Virus record (IMG/VR): IMGVR_UViG_3300038492_000258
Coordinates: 108,995-172,994 of that record
From: a virus
Lineage: Duplodnaviria; Heunggongvirae; Uroviricota; Caudoviricetes
Direction: 5' to 3' (one strand)
DNA: 64,000 nt
The translations under genes and the position numbers were made by a program. The notes under the pieces are model-generated. The model was not told where the DNA came from and searched no databases. It worked only from the letters and a program-made list of their open reading frames with translations. Each line of letters starts with the position of its first letter. Position 1 is the stretch's first letter. Positions 44,629 to 54,262 of the stretch are shown here, in pieces.

Positions 44629-45357
44629 ATGCCGACACACGACTTTTGGGAAGTAGCAGACAATCGCGGTAGTCTCCGCTACGTAGAATACTTCCGACTT
44701 ATTTTTGACACGATTCCGCCCCTCACTCGCGGCTGGTTGGCGGGAGGAGCCCTCCGACGACTATTTGAGGGCCAAGTATTTGGCGGCCATGACTTTGATC
44801 TTTTCTTTCAAAGACAAGAAGACTCACAAGCTTATGCTGCTCTATTAGAGCAATGCGGTGCTGAAGAAAAGTATCGATCTGGTAATGCTATTACTTACCT
44901 TCTCAATATCGAAGGAAATGATTTTTATTTACAGGTAGTCACAGGATTCTATTCGGATACTGCCGAGGAATTATTGGGTAAATTTGACTTTACAGTTTGT
45001 CAATTCGCGACCGACGGAAAGGTACTGACCACCGGTCACGATAGTTTTGATCATCTCGACAATAAGGTGGTCGAAATCGATCACGCCGCCATCCATTCTG
45101 CTAGTTCAACAATCCATCGTTTATGTAAATTGGCAGCCGATGGATATAAGCCCGACAAAACAATGATTATTAGGATTTGTGGCACATTAGTTTCCAATCC
45201 GGAAACATTAACTGCAATGGGAGTCGTTAGTGGTGGTCCCGATCAAACAAATCCTTGCTTAACTCAGTATGAAAAGGCTGTTGCTACGGCAAAAGAAATG
45301 TCGAATATAGCTAATCAAGTTAAAAGCACTATCTTAGATGAGTCTGCTAATTTTTGA
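44629..45357 (+). CDS. nucleotidyltransferase-fold protein (Pol-beta superfamily), function unknown
   Basis: GGALRRLFEGQVFGGHDFDLFF fits hG[GS]-x(9-13)-DhD NTase signature. Confidence 0.4.
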   Translation: MPTHDFWEVADNRGSLRYVEYFRLIFDTIPPLTRGWLAGGALRRLFEGQVFGGHDFDLFFQRQEDSQAYAALLEQCGAEEKYRSGNAITYLLNIEGNDFYLQVVTGFYSDTAEELLGKFDFTVCQFATDGKVLTTGHDSFDHLDNKVVEIDHAAIHSASSTIHRLCKLAADGYKPDKTMIIRICGTLVSNPETLTAMGVVSGGPDQTNPCLTQYEKAVATAKEMSNIANQVKSTILDESANF

Positions 45358-45362
45358 AACAT

Positions 45363-45438
45363 GCCCTCATAGTGTAATGGACCAGCACAAGTGTCTTCTA
45401 AACATTTAGTCCAGGTTCGAATCCTGGTGGGGGTACCA
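45363..45438 (+). tRNA. tRNA-Arg (anticodon UCU), CCA encoded
   Basis: Anticodon arm AGTGT-CTTCTAA-ACATT, T arm CCAGG-TTCGAAT-CCTGG. Confidence 0.65.
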
Positions 45439-45458
45439 ACTCACTTCGTTCGTAGTAC

Positions 45459-45776
45459 ATGAGTAGTAAAAAGAAATTATACATTAGAAAGTTCTTAAAC
45501 AAACGCGGAAATCACGGAATGGCGTCAGTTTTGGCGTCGATTTACGTTGGTGATTATGGCATTAAGGACAAACCAAGCCCCTATATTGACGCTACTTTTG
45601 ACATTTCTGATTGCAGTCGTGTGATCAGTTTGGACTTTCATGGGTCTGACAAAAGTAGTATTGAAAACAATCTTTTCAAGTTAGATACACTCATTGGAGC
45701 CCTTCATAAGTTCCGTGAAGTATACGAGTTAGAGCAACGAAAGATTCTTGAAAAGGACAGTGACAACACCGAGTAA
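45459..45776 (+). CDS. hypothetical protein
   Basis: 105-aa ORF. Confidence 0.35.
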   Translation: MSSKKKLYIRKFLNKRGNHGMASVLASIYVGDYGIKDKPSPYIDATFDISDCSRVISLDFHGSDKSSIENNLFKLDTLIGALHKFREVYELEQRKILEKDSDNTE

Positions 45777-45829
45777 CGCGGCATCATAGCTCTGCGTAAA
45801 CGCCCCAATTATAAACCAACAGGAGCAAT

Positions 45830-46363
45830 ATGGATACTGTACAAGATATTACATTAGAAAATTTCAAGGAGCGTACCGGAGCACGCTTTCGCATGACGGA
45901 AGAACAGCGGGCTCGTGTCGTTCTTACCGGTTTTTCTGACGAGCAGCGAGCAACGCTCGCAAGCTTGTCAGATATTGAATCTGAATTGGCGGACTTCTTT
46001 AATGAAAAGAAGTATCGTAAATGGATGGGCAAAGCTCATGGCCTGGCGGGACAATGGACTGCCGAACTAGAGCTGAATAGAGAGGGTGCATTTAGGGAGT
46101 TTGTCGAACAAGGTGGACTCGAACGTGTACGCACCCGTCAACCGGTTATTCCTCTGTCTGTTTGGGTGGACCCTGATCTCACTTTAGAGAATTTCGCGGC
46201 AAAGGTCCAAGAGGCAACAGGCGTAGCCAATCGTAAGTTTCGTCGGCTCAAAGAACACTTTGCGAGGAACAACTCGCAACTCGAACGTGATCTGACACCT
46301 GCCGAAGCTTTGTTAGATGTTATTTCACGTAAACGTATTGAATTCACTAAGGAAAATCAATGA
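45830..46363 (+). CDS. hypothetical protein
   Basis: 177-aa ORF. Confidence 0.4.
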   Translation: MDTVQDITLENFKERTGARFRMTEEQRARVVLTGFSDEQRATLASLSDIESELADFFNEKKYRKWMGKAHGLAGQWTAELELNREGAFREFVEQGGLERVRTRQPVIPLSVWVDPDLTLENFAAKVQEATGVANRKFRRLKEHFARNNSQLERDLTPAEALLDVISRKRIEFTKENQ

Positions 46364-46758
46364 ATCTAAATACCGTTATTCTTCAGGGCAACCTCGTTTC
46401 TGATCCGGAATTTGTTGGCGAGAACGGTAGTGTTGCTCGCTTTACTATCGCTTCCAACAGTGGCTTCGGTGAGAAACGCGAAGTCGATTATATCGATTGC
46501 GTCGCCTTTGGCAAGCAGGTCGATATCATTCGTCAATACTCTGGTAAAGGTCGCTTCGTGACCGTTCGTGGTCGTCTCCGTCAGAACCGCTGGCAGACCC
46601 CAGAAGGCGAGAACCGTTCGAAATTAGAAGTTCGGTTGGACAACTTTGACGGCTTCTATCTCGGCCCCCGTGGCAGCAACGCCGATGAGAGCAACGTTGC
46701 CGAGCCTACCGTTACTGCTGGAGCCGAAGGCGGAAGCGGTGAGCAACCGCTTTTCTAA
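46360..46758 (+). CDS. ssb: single-stranded DNA-binding protein
   Basis: OB-fold SSB pattern (VILQGNL..DPE...RFTIA...DCVAFGKQ...RFVTVRGRLRQNRWQ) and acidic tail ending PLF. Confidence 0.75.
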   Translation: MNLNTVILQGNLVSDPEFVGENGSVARFTIASNSGFGEKREVDYIDCVAFGKQVDIIRQYSGKGRFVTVRGRLRQNRWQTPEGENRSKLEVRLDNFDGFYLGPRGSNADESNVAEPTVTAGAEGGSGEQPLF

Positions 46759-46831
46759 GAAACGACTTGACTGATCTCCTGTAGGGGATATACTAGTGCG
46801 GGGTCATAGTGCCCCGCACTATTTTTATACA

Positions 46832-47299
46832 ATGAAAAAACTCATTATCATTCGCGGTCCTAGCGGTTCTGGTAAAACTACGATTGCTGCTAGCATTGGT
46901 CGTCACCAGGATTATAGTGTGTCTTGGCATGAAGCTGACGATTTTTTCGTTGGTGAAGATGGAGAGTATCATTTTAATCCTCAGTATCTTGGACAAGCTC
47001 ACAAGTCATGCCAGGATTCTGTTCGCGTTGAAATGTGTTACGAACGCTCGATTATTGTGGTTAGTAATACTTCAATGAAGCGTTGGGAGATGAATCCCTA
47101 TTTGCAGCTCGCACGAGAATTTGATTATGACATCGAAGTAATTCGTACGCCTGGCCCGTGGAACGCACAAGAGAGCTTTGAGCGTAACCTGCATGGTGTG
47201 CCCCTAACAACTATCGAAAAACAAATCGCTAAATACGAACCCTATGAGGGGGAGTTTGAGTGGCCTGATATTACTTATGAACGACGAGAACAAGAATAA
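46832..47299 (+). CDS. polynucleotide 5'-kinase-like P-loop protein (T4 Pnk kinase-domain-like)
   Basis: MKKLIIIRGPSGSGKTT and ERSIIVVSNTSMKRWE parallel T4 Pnk MKKIILTIGCPGSGKST and VIISDTNLNPERR; no HAD phosphatase domain. Confidence 0.5.
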   Translation: MKKLIIIRGPSGSGKTTIAASIGRHQDYSVSWHEADDFFVGEDGEYHFNPQYLGQAHKSCQDSVRVEMCYERSIIVVSNTSMKRWEMNPYLQLAREFDYDIEVIRTPGPWNAQESFERNLHGVPLTTIEKQIAKYEPYEGEFEWPDITYERREQE

Positions 47300-47606
47300 C
47301 CTGTCGGCTAAGAAAAGTCTTTGTTATACTTGCAAGCATGGTTTGTGTATTGCACAACAAATGCACGCACAGGTGCTCGGGGAAATTACAGAACAAGAAG
47401 TCGAGAGTGAAGACCTCTTAGATATTCCGTGGGACGACGGAACCGAACCGGCTTCGGAGATTCCGCACGGAATGCAGCATCTTCAGATGGACAGAGTGTG
47501 CTCGCTGTGTTACTATAACCCGCCGGGTCGCACTGATCCCCCCACTATCAATGCTGCCGTTATCACGGATTGCAACCGATATGAACGAGACGATTCTATC
47601 CAATAA
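47278..47606 (+). CDS. hypothetical Cys-rich protein
   Basis: About 109 aa, CYTCKHGLC. Confidence 0.3.
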
Positions 47607-48888
47607 ACACATTGATCTATGTACGGGACTCCGAGATGTTGGGGCGACTCCCTACATTGTCGGTGGTTGTGTACGTGATATGTTGTTAGGGCGTCGTCCC
47701 AAAGATATCGACATTGTTGTTGTCGGTATTGACGAGAACGATTTAATCGACAGAATGGATGCCGCTGGATGGAACATCAAGTGTGTCGGTGCAGCATTTC
47801 CTGTATATCTAATTAATGATATCGAAGTGGCCTTGGCTCGTAAAGAACACAAGGTCGCGGAAGGGCATCGTGGTTTCGAATGCGACACTGCAAATATTAC
47901 GCTGGAAGAAGATCTCTTCCGTCGTGACCTGACTATTAATGCTATTGCAATGGACCCATTTAGTGGAGACATTATCGATCCATACAATGGCGTACAACAC
48001 ATTAAGGGACAAATTCTAAACCCTGTTAGTCAACATTTTGCAGAGGACCCGCTACGTGTCCTGCGGGCGGCACGTTTCGCTGCACAACTAGATTTCAATA
48101 GTACAGATGAACTAAAACTGGCGGCAGCCAATGTTCTCCCTGAATTAATTGATCTATCCGGTGAACGTGTATTTGGAGAACTACTAAAAGCTCTCCGTAG
48201 TGATCGTCCTAGTAAATTCATTACAGTATTGGATGAACTTGGTGCCCTGGAAATTGTATTCCCTGAGATCTACAATCTCAAAGGGCGTGTTCAACCAGAG
48301 AAATATCATCCCGAGGGTGATGCATACGTACATACATTACTTGTTCTAGATCGCTGCCGTGCTCTCGGGGGTGACGATGAAACAATGTATGCAGCCTTAT
48401 TACATGATTTAGGTAAGGCGGTCACCCCCGACGACAATTTACCTCACCATTATGATCACGAGCGTCTCGGCGTTCCTCTTGTGAGGACCTTATCCGAACG
48501 CATTAAGGCTCCCACAAGCTTTCGCAAAACTGCTGAAACTGCTTCGCGGGAACATCTTAACGTGCATCGTTTTGATACAATGAAACCGATTAAGAAGGTG
48601 AGAATGATTGTGAGGCTCGGGGCCTTACAAAATGATCTACTATTGCGTAGGGTGGCTCTCGCCTCACAGGCTGACGCTCAGGGACGTGGTCCTGATTTTA
48701 TTGATGCCCCTTATCCAAGCAGAATCAATCTGATTAAGGCGGCTGAAGTTGCTCGCAGTGTAAGGGGTCATGAGTTTGCCCACCTAAAGAACGGGCGAGT
48801 TATTGCACAGAAAATGGAGGCCGCTAGAGCTAAGGCTTTAGAGGCCGCAGGATTCCGTAAGGTAGGAAATAGTTATGGTAACAATTAA
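47551..48888 (+). CDS. cca: tRNA nucleotidyltransferase (CCA-adding enzyme) with HD domain
   Basis: Head-domain motif GGCVRDMLLGRRPKDIDIVV, C-terminal HD (HHYDHERLG). Confidence 0.75.
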   Translation: MLPLSRIATDMNETILSNKHIDLCTGLRDVGATPYIVGGCVRDMLLGRRPKDIDIVVVGIDENDLIDRMDAAGWNIKCVGAAFPVYLINDIEVALARKEHKVAEGHRGFECDTANITLEEDLFRRDLTINAIAMDPFSGDIIDPYNGVQHIKGQILNPVSQHFAEDPLRVLRAARFAAQLDFNSTDELKLAAANVLPELIDLSGERVFGELLKALRSDRPSKFITVLDELGALEIVFPEIYNLKGRVQPEKYHPEGDAYVHTLLVLDRCRALGGDDETMYAALLHDLGKAVTPDDNLPHHYDHERLGVPLVRTLSERIKAPTSFRKTAETASREHLNVHRFDTMKPIKKVRMIVRLGALQNDLLLRRVALASQADAQGRGPDFIDAPYPSRINLIKAAEVARSVRGHEFAHLKNGRVIAQKMEAARAKALEAAGFRKVGNSYGNN

Positions 48889-49248
48889 AGCTATCGAAGA
48901 AAAACTAGTAGAGTACGGCTATAAGCCGCGTTGGGAAAAGCGAGGACCATTGTGGCGATTCTATGCGTGTAACGCTATTTGGTCACAAGAAAAAACTCGC
49001 CATGCTGCTGCCGTCAGAGTTCAAAAACTAGTTTTTGAGAACGATGACTGATATAAAAGATGTCTTTAGAGGTATTATTCCTAAATGGCATGAAGTTTTG
49101 CTGTTTGTGCTATCTTTAATTGCTCTTGGGGTAATGGTTGGAGCACTCTTATGAGTGCTATCGACGAGAAGGTTAATGAAATCAGGCGTCAAGTCATACT
49201 TATTGTCGTAATTATATTTCTTCTTGGTCTTATTGCTGGGGTCATCTT

Positions 49249-49530
49249 ATGAACGAAAGTCAACCCTCACTTCGACGGTTCCTATTTGTTCGCGACGAAG
49301 ACGTTTCTGGTGTTAGTGGCGTAGGCGTTGTAGCAGAAGGAACCGAATTTACAGACGGCTCAATTGTGATTCGGTGGCTTAGTCACATGGCATCGTTTGG
49401 TACATTTGCTAATATCAAAGCCTTCCAGTCTATCCATGGTCATAATGGCAAGGGCAAGATTGAATGGCTAGATCCAGAGCCCACCGACGAAGAGCCAAAG
49501 AAAAGTACTTCAAAAAGAAAAAGTAAGTAG
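49249..49530 (+). CDS. hypothetical protein
   Basis: 93-aa ORF. Confidence 0.35.
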   Translation: MNESQPSLRRFLFVRDEDVSGVSGVGVVAEGTEFTDGSIVIRWLSHMASFGTFANIKAFQSIHGHNGKGKIEWLDPEPTDEEPKKSTSKRKSK

Positions 49531-49549
49531 TGTACTCATCCTCCATGGG

Positions 49550-50074
49550 TTGGATTGTCCAACCCTATTCAACAGGAGGAATTGTATGAGTGCATTAACA
49601 CAATCGCAAATTGATACTCTGGCCGAAGGCTGGAAACTGAAGGTAGCGGGCCAAGCTCAGTATGAATATCATCGTATGAGCGAAATCGCTAAGTTAATCT
49701 CGGAGGAAAATTGGGATGAGGTAAAGGTCCAGTTAACATTTGGTAAAGATAAGTACGTGGTTCATACGCTTGCTTTGGATATCTTTTATCTAATGTTACA
49801 AAGTGCTCTGGGCAGACGAGTTCCCGAGGAGGAGGCTGTCGGTGACTTATCTGAGCAGGATATGCTTTTCCTGGAAAACAAATATAACGAATTTGCTCCC
49901 ACGGTACCTGTTATTATCGCCAATCTTGAATCTCTTTTGACCTTCTTAAACTCGGGCAATACTGGCCCGGAGTTTATTTTACTATTTGACACTACTAAGT
50001 TGCTAACGCACGAGCTGTTTGTGAAAGAGCAAGCATGGACTCACCACTTCCAGGCGTTAGCTTATGAGCAATGA
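49550..50074 (+). CDS. hypothetical protein
   Basis: 174-aa ORF. Confidence 0.4.
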   Translation: MDCPTLFNRRNCMSALTQSQIDTLAEGWKLKVAGQAQYEYHRMSEIAKLISEENWDEVKVQLTFGKDKYVVHTLALDIFYLMLQSALGRRVPEEEAVGDLSEQDMLFLENKYNEFAPTVPVIIANLESLLTFLNSGNTGPEFILLFDTTKLLTHELFVKEQAWTHHFQALAYEQ

Positions 50075-51144
50075 AAGACAGTCTACTTTTAAATAAAATT
50101 TGGAAAGAGGTGGAGGCTGGCAATGTGTCCGCCAGCCGCACCGACAACCTTACTATATTCAAATATACTCAGGATTGTCATATTCAGGGTAATTGGAATG
50201 ACGTTAATCGTCAGTGTCGAGGAATCATATTCCGCGATGACGGCACCGTTGTAGCTAGACCCTTTTCTAAATTTTTCAATTTAAATGAGCTTCCTGAAAC
50301 TGAGCCTCGAAATCTCCCATGGCGTGAGGGGATAGAGGTATACGAAAAGCTCGATGGTAGCTGTGGCACGGGGTATCGTAAAGAAACGTGGGATGCTGGT
50401 ATTGGTACACATACGAAATGGTTTATAGCAACGCCAGGCAGCATGGAATCAGACCAGGCTGTCGAGGGTACTGCCATGCTTGGTATGTACAATCTAGAAT
50501 TCATGCCACAAAACTGTACACCAGTATTCGAGATTATCTATCCTGATAATAGAATTGTCGTAGATTATAACGGTTTTCGTGGATTGGTATTGTTAGCTAT
50601 CTTCGATCACAACGGAGAAGAGTGGCATCCACGTCGTGTAGACAGTATTGCTGAAGTTTGTGGTTTCCGCAGACCAAAAGTATATGACATCGATATTCGT
50701 GGAGAGATTCCTTTTGAGGATAACGCTGAAGGCTATGTCGCAAGATTTGGTTGTGGCACGCGTGTGAAAATCAAAAGCCCAGCTTACCTCAGGATTCATA
50801 GATTGTTGGATCGTCTCTCGCCCAAAGGAGTTATCGAACTAATGCAGGGCAGAGAATACGGTATGACTGTGCGTCAATTACCTGACTCTATCGCCAAGGA
50901 TTTCGACGATATCCGTGCTCATGTCCAGGGAGTCTTTAACTCTGTTCTTACAGAAGTTGGCGAGAAATATCGTGACATGATGGAGACCGTTGGTCAACAT
51001 GCGAATCGAAAAGCCTATGCTATGTGGATTGCGGAGAACGCACCGCAAGAACTTGCTGGCTTTGTTTTTGCTATGATGGATGGCAAAGATTTCGATCATA
51101 AGATTTGGAAGCTAGTATTAGAGAAAGTTACCAATGGTTCATAA
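50071..51144 (+). CDS. RNA ligase 1 (T4 RnlA-like tRNA repair ligase)
   Basis: CRGIIFRDDG, RPFSKFFNLNELPE and motif I EKLDGS (Lys at about residue 99) parallel T4 Rnl1 CRGIMFEMDG, RPMEKFFNLNENPF, KEDGS; similar length. Confidence 0.8.
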   Translation: MKDSLLLNKIWKEVEAGNVSASRTDNLTIFKYTQDCHIQGNWNDVNRQCRGIIFRDDGTVVARPFSKFFNLNELPETEPRNLPWREGIEVYEKLDGSCGTGYRKETWDAGIGTHTKWFIATPGSMESDQAVEGTAMLGMYNLEFMPQNCTPVFEIIYPDNRIVVDYNGFRGLVLLAIFDHNGEEWHPRRVDSIAEVCGFRRPKVYDIDIRGEIPFEDNAEGYVARFGCGTRVKIKSPAYLRIHRLLDRLSPKGVIELMQGREYGMTVRQLPDSIAKDFDDIRAHVQGVFNSVLTEVGEKYRDMMETVGQHANRKAYAMWIAENAPQELAGFVFAMMDGKDFDHKIWKLVLEKVTNGS

Positions 51145-51622
51145 GACAGTTTATCTCGCAGGACCAATTGATGGTCTCTCATACCGAGACGGTATTGAAT
51201 GGCGAGATGCGGCTAGAGAAGAACTAGCTAAATATGGCATCAAGGCGATGTCTCCCCAACGCGGTAAGGGATACATTATGTCACATGAGGCTATTGCTGA
51301 CGAAATGGATTTTTCTAAGCAAGAGGCTCACTTTGCAGATGACCCAATGAGTACAGCTCGTGGCGTATTGACACGCGATAAGTTTGATGCTCTAAATTGT
51401 AGCGTTCTCCTGGTTAATTTCTTGGGAGCCAAACGCGTATCAATTGGCACAGTAATGGAAATTGCTTGGGCGTATCTACAAGGGAAACCTATCGTAGTGG
51501 TAATTGAAGATGATAATCAATTACATGGTGTACACCCTATGTTAAGAGAAACATTTTCATTCCGAGTTAATAACTTGGAAAAGGGTGTCGAAATTGTTCA
51601 GGGTATCTTCCAGGGATACTAG
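51134..51622 (+). CDS. nucleoside 2-deoxyribosyltransferase-like protein
   Basis: N-terminal VYLAGPIDG motif of the family. Confidence 0.45.
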   Translation: MVHKTVYLAGPIDGLSYRDGIEWRDAAREELAKYGIKAMSPQRGKGYIMSHEAIADEMDFSKQEAHFADDPMSTARGVLTRDKFDALNCSVLLVNFLGAKRVSIGTVMEIAWAYLQGKPIVVVIEDDNQLHGVHPMLRETFSFRVNNLEKGVEIVQGIFQGY

Positions 51623-51659
51623 TAAGGAAAACACAGGGACTTCCAGCATTTTTTAGAAC

Positions 51660-52397
51660 ATGAATCCAATAGACCGTTTAGCAAAGACTGACGAAGAGTA
51701 CTTTGACCGCACGCAAGGCGTGCAGGGGACAGAGAGAGTGCCAAAAAACACCCCCGGTACCTATTTTATTGCACTTTCTGGTAAAAAGCAGTGTGGTAAA
51801 AATACTGCTGCTGAAATCATTCAACGGCTACTCGGCCCTTACAACATGAGTAGCGAAGTTGTCGCATTCGCAGACATTATCAAGGATATTTCTATCAATA
51901 TATTGGGATTTGATAGAGATCTTGTTTATGGCAGCGATGAAGACAAAAACACGATGACGCATATTAGGTGGGACAATTTTCCCATGGAAATCCGATTGCG
52001 TTATAGTCGTGACAAACCAAGTCTTGTTGCTGATCTTACGCAACGCACACCTCGCAGTGGGAATATGACAATTCGTGAAGTGCTACAGGTAATGGGCACC
52101 GATGTGTTTCGTCAAATGTTTTTCCAAGACATTTGGGCCCAAGCACCGTTCCGCAAACAATACTCTCAAGACGTTGTATTGTTAGCCGACTGTCGTTTCC
52201 CAAACGAAAAAGAGGCAACCGAGGGTAACGGTGGCATAGTTATCCGGCTAGAGCGGGACACTGGAATGATTGATAAACACCCGAGCGAAACAGCTCTAGA
52301 CGGCTATCAATTTGATTACTCTTTTAATAACAATGGCACACTTGAAGAGCTGGAGAACTTTCTAAAGAGTGTATTGCGAGACGTTGGATTACTATGA
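51660..52397 (+). CDS. deoxynucleoside monophosphate kinase
   Basis: YFIALSGKKQCGKNTAAE resembles T4 gp1 LIFLSGVKRSGKDTTAD. Confidence 0.55.
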   Translation: MNPIDRLAKTDEEYFDRTQGVQGTERVPKNTPGTYFIALSGKKQCGKNTAAEIIQRLLGPYNMSSEVVAFADIIKDISINILGFDRDLVYGSDEDKNTMTHIRWDNFPMEIRLRYSRDKPSLVADLTQRTPRSGNMTIREVLQVMGTDVFRQMFFQDIWAQAPFRKQYSQDVVLLADCRFPNEKEATEGNGGIVIRLERDTGMIDKHPSETALDGYQFDYSFNNNGTLEELENFLKSVLRDVGLL

Positions 52398-52579
52398 ACG
52401 AAAATAACATCAATATTACTGGTGATGAAGCTCGTTTGCTTCTTCAAACTATGGCCAGTCATCCTATTGTACAATTATTTCTAAAATTACAGCAGCTTAG
52501 TCTAGTACAACCGGCTAACCCTGTTACACCACAACAAACGACGGAGGCAACTCAAAATGACCCGACTCGACAGGGATAA
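52394..52579 (+). CDS. hypothetical small protein
   Basis: 61-aa ORF. Confidence 0.25.
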   Translation: MNENNINITGDEARLLLQTMASHPIVQLFLKLQQLSLVQPANPVTPQQTTEATQNDPTRQG

Positions 52580-53015
52580 TCTCAGATTCTCATTTCGCCC
52601 GAAAGCCCGAGTGGCTATTGGCGTTTATACGCTCGATGGTCGTGCATACATTGCAGCGGCTTTTGCCAATGATGGAGTCAAGGGTGACGTTATCAATCCA
52701 GATCGTCGTGACAATTGGTGTCGTCGTACGGCTCGCACAATTATCTCGCAACGTATTTCTAGCTACTTAGATGGTAATGATCGCGTGCGTTTCGTACGAG
52801 AAATCGATGCTGGTAGTCTAAGTGCCGTGGGTATTGTGAACGCCTTGCGAAACAGCTTTAAACCAGATCCGGAAGAAAGCGATATGACTTTTTATGGGTA
52901 TCATGACACCCTTGGGGCTCCTATCACATATCGTCTACCTGTAGACGACATGTGGGAGGGAATTCTTGGAATGATCGACAGTATTGACGTACCCCATGCG
53001 AGTTCTCGTTTATGA
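52557..53015 (+). CDS. hypothetical protein
   Basis: 152-aa ORF. Confidence 0.35.
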   Translation: MTRLDRDNLRFSFRPKARVAIGVYTLDGRAYIAAAFANDGVKGDVINPDRRDNWCRRTARTIISQRISSYLDGNDRVRFVREIDAGSLSAVGIVNALRNSFKPDPEESDMTFYGYHDTLGAPITYRLPVDDMWEGILGMIDSIDVPHASSRL

Positions 53016-53595
53016 TACTGAAACCGGGGGCACTAACCCGGACAAACATAGCTTGTTATCTTTGGGAGCCCTTGCTGGCGACCTAGATACCGGCGAGGTA
53101 TTCGGTCAGTTTGAACTATTACATAAATTGCCTTCTTTAGATGACTATGTTATCGATCAAGGTGCTATTGAAGTTCATGGCATTACTGCTGCTCAATGTA
53201 TGGCAGAAGGAGTGCTTACAGATCAAATTCGAGATCAATTTGCTGACCTGTATTATGACAACAATTGTGTTCTGTTAGGTGGACACAACGTTGTCTTCGA
53301 CGAAAACTTTGTCGCTAGACAACTGTTTGGTATTTCAAATTCCGAGTTTGAGCAAACATTTACTTACTCTAAATTAGATACGCTGCCGGTTATTCGCTTC
53401 TTTGCTGGTGTTGAAAAAATGAAACAGGGTGCTACCCTGAAACAAACAACAAAAGCACTCGGTATTGATATGAGCGATATTAAGTCTGGTGGTTATCACG
53501 CAGCCCTATTCGATGTTATTGCCACCTTCCGTATTATGTGTAAGTTTAGGAAGGTACTATCCGACCAAGCGGTCGTGGAGATGTTAACAAAATGA
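52984..53595 (+). CDS. DEDDh 3'-5' exonuclease (DnaQ-like)
   Basis: Exo I VYDTETGG, Exo II GHNVVFD, Exo III YHAALFD. Confidence 0.7.
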   Translation: MTYPMRVLVYDTETGGTNPDKHSLLSLGALAGDLDTGEVFGQFELLHKLPSLDDYVIDQGAIEVHGITAAQCMAEGVLTDQIRDQFADLYYDNNCVLLGGHNVVFDENFVARQLFGISNSEFEQTFTYSKLDTLPVIRFFAGVEKMKQGATLKQTTKALGIDMSDIKSGGYHAALFDVIATFRIMCKFRKVLSDQAVVEMLTK

Positions 53596-53774
53596 GACGA
53601 AGAGATATACAACGTAAGTTCCTGCGTCGTCATCGCTGGAAGGCCGTACATGGTATGAAGCAAAACGGCAAGTTTAAGTGGGTTTGGATTTATCCCGGCT
53701 GTAGCACCGCTTATTCGCGAGAAGAAGCGTATGCAATTGAAATTCAGCGACAAACCCCAAAAATCTCTGTATGA
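53592..53774 (+). CDS. small basic protein
   Basis: 60-aa ORF. Confidence 0.25.
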   Translation: MRRRDIQRKFLRRHRWKAVHGMKQNGKFKWVWIYPGCSTAYSREEAYAIEIQRQTPKISV

Positions 53775-54262
53775 ATAGGCGATTTGATTATCGCAGCAAA
53801 GAAGAATTCAAACGAGAGATTAAGGATCGCACCGAGCAAGAGCGTCTTCTATTTCTTAGGTGGATTAAGATTTTAGAGGCGGAAGCCGGTGGAATCACCC
53901 CCAAGTATCAGGACAATGGTTGTGGACAGCATGGTGAATTCTTAGAGAACCATGAAGTCTCGCTTGATGCTGACTTTGTTGTAGATGGGTACGGCCCACT
54001 TGAGGTAAAATTTGCCAAACCGTTATTGAAGGATGTATTTCATCTTAAAGTAGGACAGACTAAGTCTTACATTAAGCAGGGAGCAACTGTCTTAATGGTG
54101 AATGGTGCCGATGAATTGGTGCCAGATTACGTGCTACTAAATCCAGAGGTTCTGCAAAATATCGTGGATAACTGTCCGGTAGTACGATGGGGTGGGTTTG
54201 GCGGTAAACCATCTTACCGAATTAAGGTTGATAAATATATTTGGAGACCTCTGTTACCATGA
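53771..54262 (+). CDS. hypothetical protein
   Basis: 163-aa ORF. Confidence 0.35.
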   Translation: MNRRFDYRSKEEFKREIKDRTEQERLLFLRWIKILEAEAGGITPKYQDNGCGQHGEFLENHEVSLDADFVVDGYGPLEVKFAKPLLKDVFHLKVGQTKSYIKQGATVLMVNGADELVPDYVLLNPEVLQNIVDNCPVVRWGGFGGKPSYRIKVDKYIWRPLLP

